Source: Strigamia acuminata
Taxonomy: Eukaryota
Length of the DNA: 64,000 nucleotides
Assembly: GCA_949358305.1 (NCBI GenBank)
Contig: OX442314.1
Span: forward strand, 31,000,001 to 31,064,000
Direction: 5' to 3'
Below are positions 61,880-64,000 of the stretch, in pieces. A model generated the notes under the pieces. The model was not told the DNA's origin. It did not search any database and saw only the letters and a program-made list of their open reading frames with translations. Within the stretch, counting starts at the first letter, position 1. Each line of letters begins with the position of its first letter. The translations under genes were made by a program, and so were the position numbers.

Positions 61880-62640
61880 TTTTATCTCAAAGTTGTTTCT
61901 TATACATTTCATTATGTGAACAACATCTCCAAAAGCATATATTTTTTATTTTTGTCAACTTGGTGTGGGAGAAAATTACTAAATTTTTTGGTCTTTCCAG
62001 AAATAGAAAGTGCACTCACTCCATGCTTTCTTGTTGCTGGTAGAACCATCACAAGTGAATCCACTGACTTCTGCCCCAACATGATGTAATTGTATGATGA
62101 CTTGCAGTAAATTTTTTGCTGAAACATCACCTGGTGTGGCATTTTGTGAAGCAAAATACAGCCACTAGTTGCTTACACTTTTTGCTTAGACAGACAAAAA
62201 TAAATACTAATGCATGATTGGCATATTCACATTTCTGATTTTCTGTAGTGTGTTCACCCAAATTTACAAATCCATCAAATTTGAAAGTTGATTTCTTGAA
62301 ATTCACAGTTTCAGATAATTTGGTTTCATCAAAAATCAAAATTCCTTTTTTTTTCCAGGCTCACCTTTAAATTTCTCTAATGTAATTTTATTGACCCCAT
62401 ATTCACATCTCGGTCCACACATTAATTTCCTGATATCCTTTCTGTGTCTTAATCTGAAAATATAGACTTTCCAATAGAAATTCTGAATCATATCGCATTC
62501 CTTTCTTCTTCTGTTCATTTTTCATGAGCATCATTTTAATAATTTACCTCTGTTTTGATGGTAATTGCCCAATCCTTTCAGCCATGTCATGTTTTGATTT
62601 TTCTTTCATATTTTTAATTTTTGAATTGAATGTAAACATT
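61880..62640 (-). pseudogene. P-element/THAP9-type transposase remnant
   Basis: IFDETKL..FDGFVNLG..ANHALVFIF..KQLVA, VSGFTCDGSTSNKKAW and HIMKCIRN. Confidence 0.85.
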
Positions 62641-62792
62641 GGTCTTGTATTAGGTAATAAAAGATTTGCATCTTATGTAAATTTTTATCTAATTAAATAT
62701 GAGAGATGATAAATAAAAGAAAAATTTTATTTTTAAATTAATATTAATAATTTTGTGTGACATTTGAAAAACACTTAAATTAAACACTTAAA

Positions 62793-63104
62793 TTACCACT
62801 TGATTCTACAGATGGGTCATGTTTCATTTTCACATCCCCATTGCAAGAAACAGTGGTAGTGAAATATGTGTCTACAATTTAATTCAACAACTTGTTCATC
62901 CTGCATATTAAATTGACAGACACAGCAATCTTCAGTAGAGTCTACGTCTAGTAATTTGGGTTTTAATTCTTGCAGTTGATGTAGTGGTGGTGAAGGTGGC
63001 AGCTGATGGGCTGGCAGGTGATGCACTTCTTCTTCGTTTTCATCATCTAAGATGTAAATAACTTCTTCAGGTTGCACAAACTGCTGCTGTGCTAATTCCT
63101 CCAC
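62793..63104 (-). pseudogene. Second SIM+RING-H2 copy with a Cys-to-TGA nonsense change
   Basis: EEVIYILDDE...CCVC..CRHIFHYHCF..ENET*PICRIKW, a paralog of 53843-54196. Confidence 0.8.
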
Positions 63105-63445
63105 GGAATGATGTCACTTCCTGCACTCACTTTCAAAACAAGGTGTCCCATTGCTAGCCAAGACAATGGGAATCGAAGTGAAATGAAGACTCATCTCAAA
63201 TCCAAAAATAGACTCAGTGTTTATCACAAGAATATTTTCTCACACATTAAATATAACTATTTAGAAGTTTTAATAAACTAATTACCAACACTAAAATCAC
63301 ACTTAAAAATTAACTTTTTCAGTAAAAAATTGGTACAACAGGTGGACAATGCTCGTGTACATTAAGGGCAGCTTCTCCTTATTTCATCCATTTACTGAAA
63401 CTCAACTTATTCTTTTGTGTGCACTAGGGGCATGGATGTTGCTTT

Positions 63446-64000
63446 TTACTGTCTAGTCAAAGACTGACAGCCAAAAACAACATGTACACTTTTAAAATTA
63501 ATTTTTCTCAATTTAAAGCTTGAGTCATCTGTATACAGAGGTGCCACTTGCCGCCGGTTGACTGCTAACGTAGTTTCGAAGTTTGGCCCCGCATGAACCA
63601 AGCTTGTAAGGAATTGGGGAATGGTCAGCAGATCGTTCTTAAATCTGGTAATTGTGTTTCGTATACGCTGGTCGTTCATTGCATACTTTAGAGCTCTTGT
63701 CTTCGCGGATATGTCGTTTGCTGAGCCCGTTTCTTGGGGCGTCTGGGATGTAGACAGTGGTGTGGTGGTGTCTGAGGCCACTGAATGTGAAACGACCTTC
63801 CGCCAGGCACGGGATGAATGCTGTGATGGTGAGAGGACAGAACATCTCTGTCAGTCGCGTGTTCCCGACACCCGGCGCACTGTGGAGGTAAAGATACATC
63901 GATGTGCTTGGCGTCGCTTCAAATGCGGCGAGTAGTTGGGCTTGTTCGGCCAGTTGGTGTTCCCTGACCACAATTAATTCCTGGCAAATTGGTCTCAGTG
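63446..64000 (-). pseudogene. Possible MULE-type transposase C-terminal remnant
   Basis: RALKYAMNDQRIRNTITRF..TIPQFL resembles MULE C-terminal helices; frameshifted. Confidence 0.4.

Overview
Eukaryotic, AT-rich, probably invertebrate animal DNA with mostly short (~50-60 nt) introns and two distinct halves. The left half (1-38 kb) is a rearranged cluster of CYP3A-like cytochrome P450 genes on the minus strand: four apparently full-length copies (A1, A2, B2, C), one truncated copy (B1) and several fragments. These lie tail-to-tail with four copies of a Thr-rich mucin-like ORF ending in a putative peptidase-S12/DUF3471-like domain. The region was amplified by a ~4.7-kb tandem repeat and by a ~7.6-kb duplication whose junction holds a gag-only LTR element (1.5-kb LTRs, tRNA-Gln PBS, mismatched flanks). 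CYP introns carry a 101-bp solo-LTR-like insert, a 1.2-kb palindromic Tc1 derivative and an intronless SRPK-like kinase gene lacking the usual spacer. The right half (39-64 kb) is a shuffled mosaic of transposon remnants (Gypsy, P-element, MULE/FLYWCH) and compact virus-like gene remnants (PC4-like, SIM+RING, exonuclease-like), plus one intact young Gypsy element. Almost all coding remnants there are on the minus strand, as in a uni-strand piRNA cluster. All family calls are motif recognition by eye; no database searches were run.
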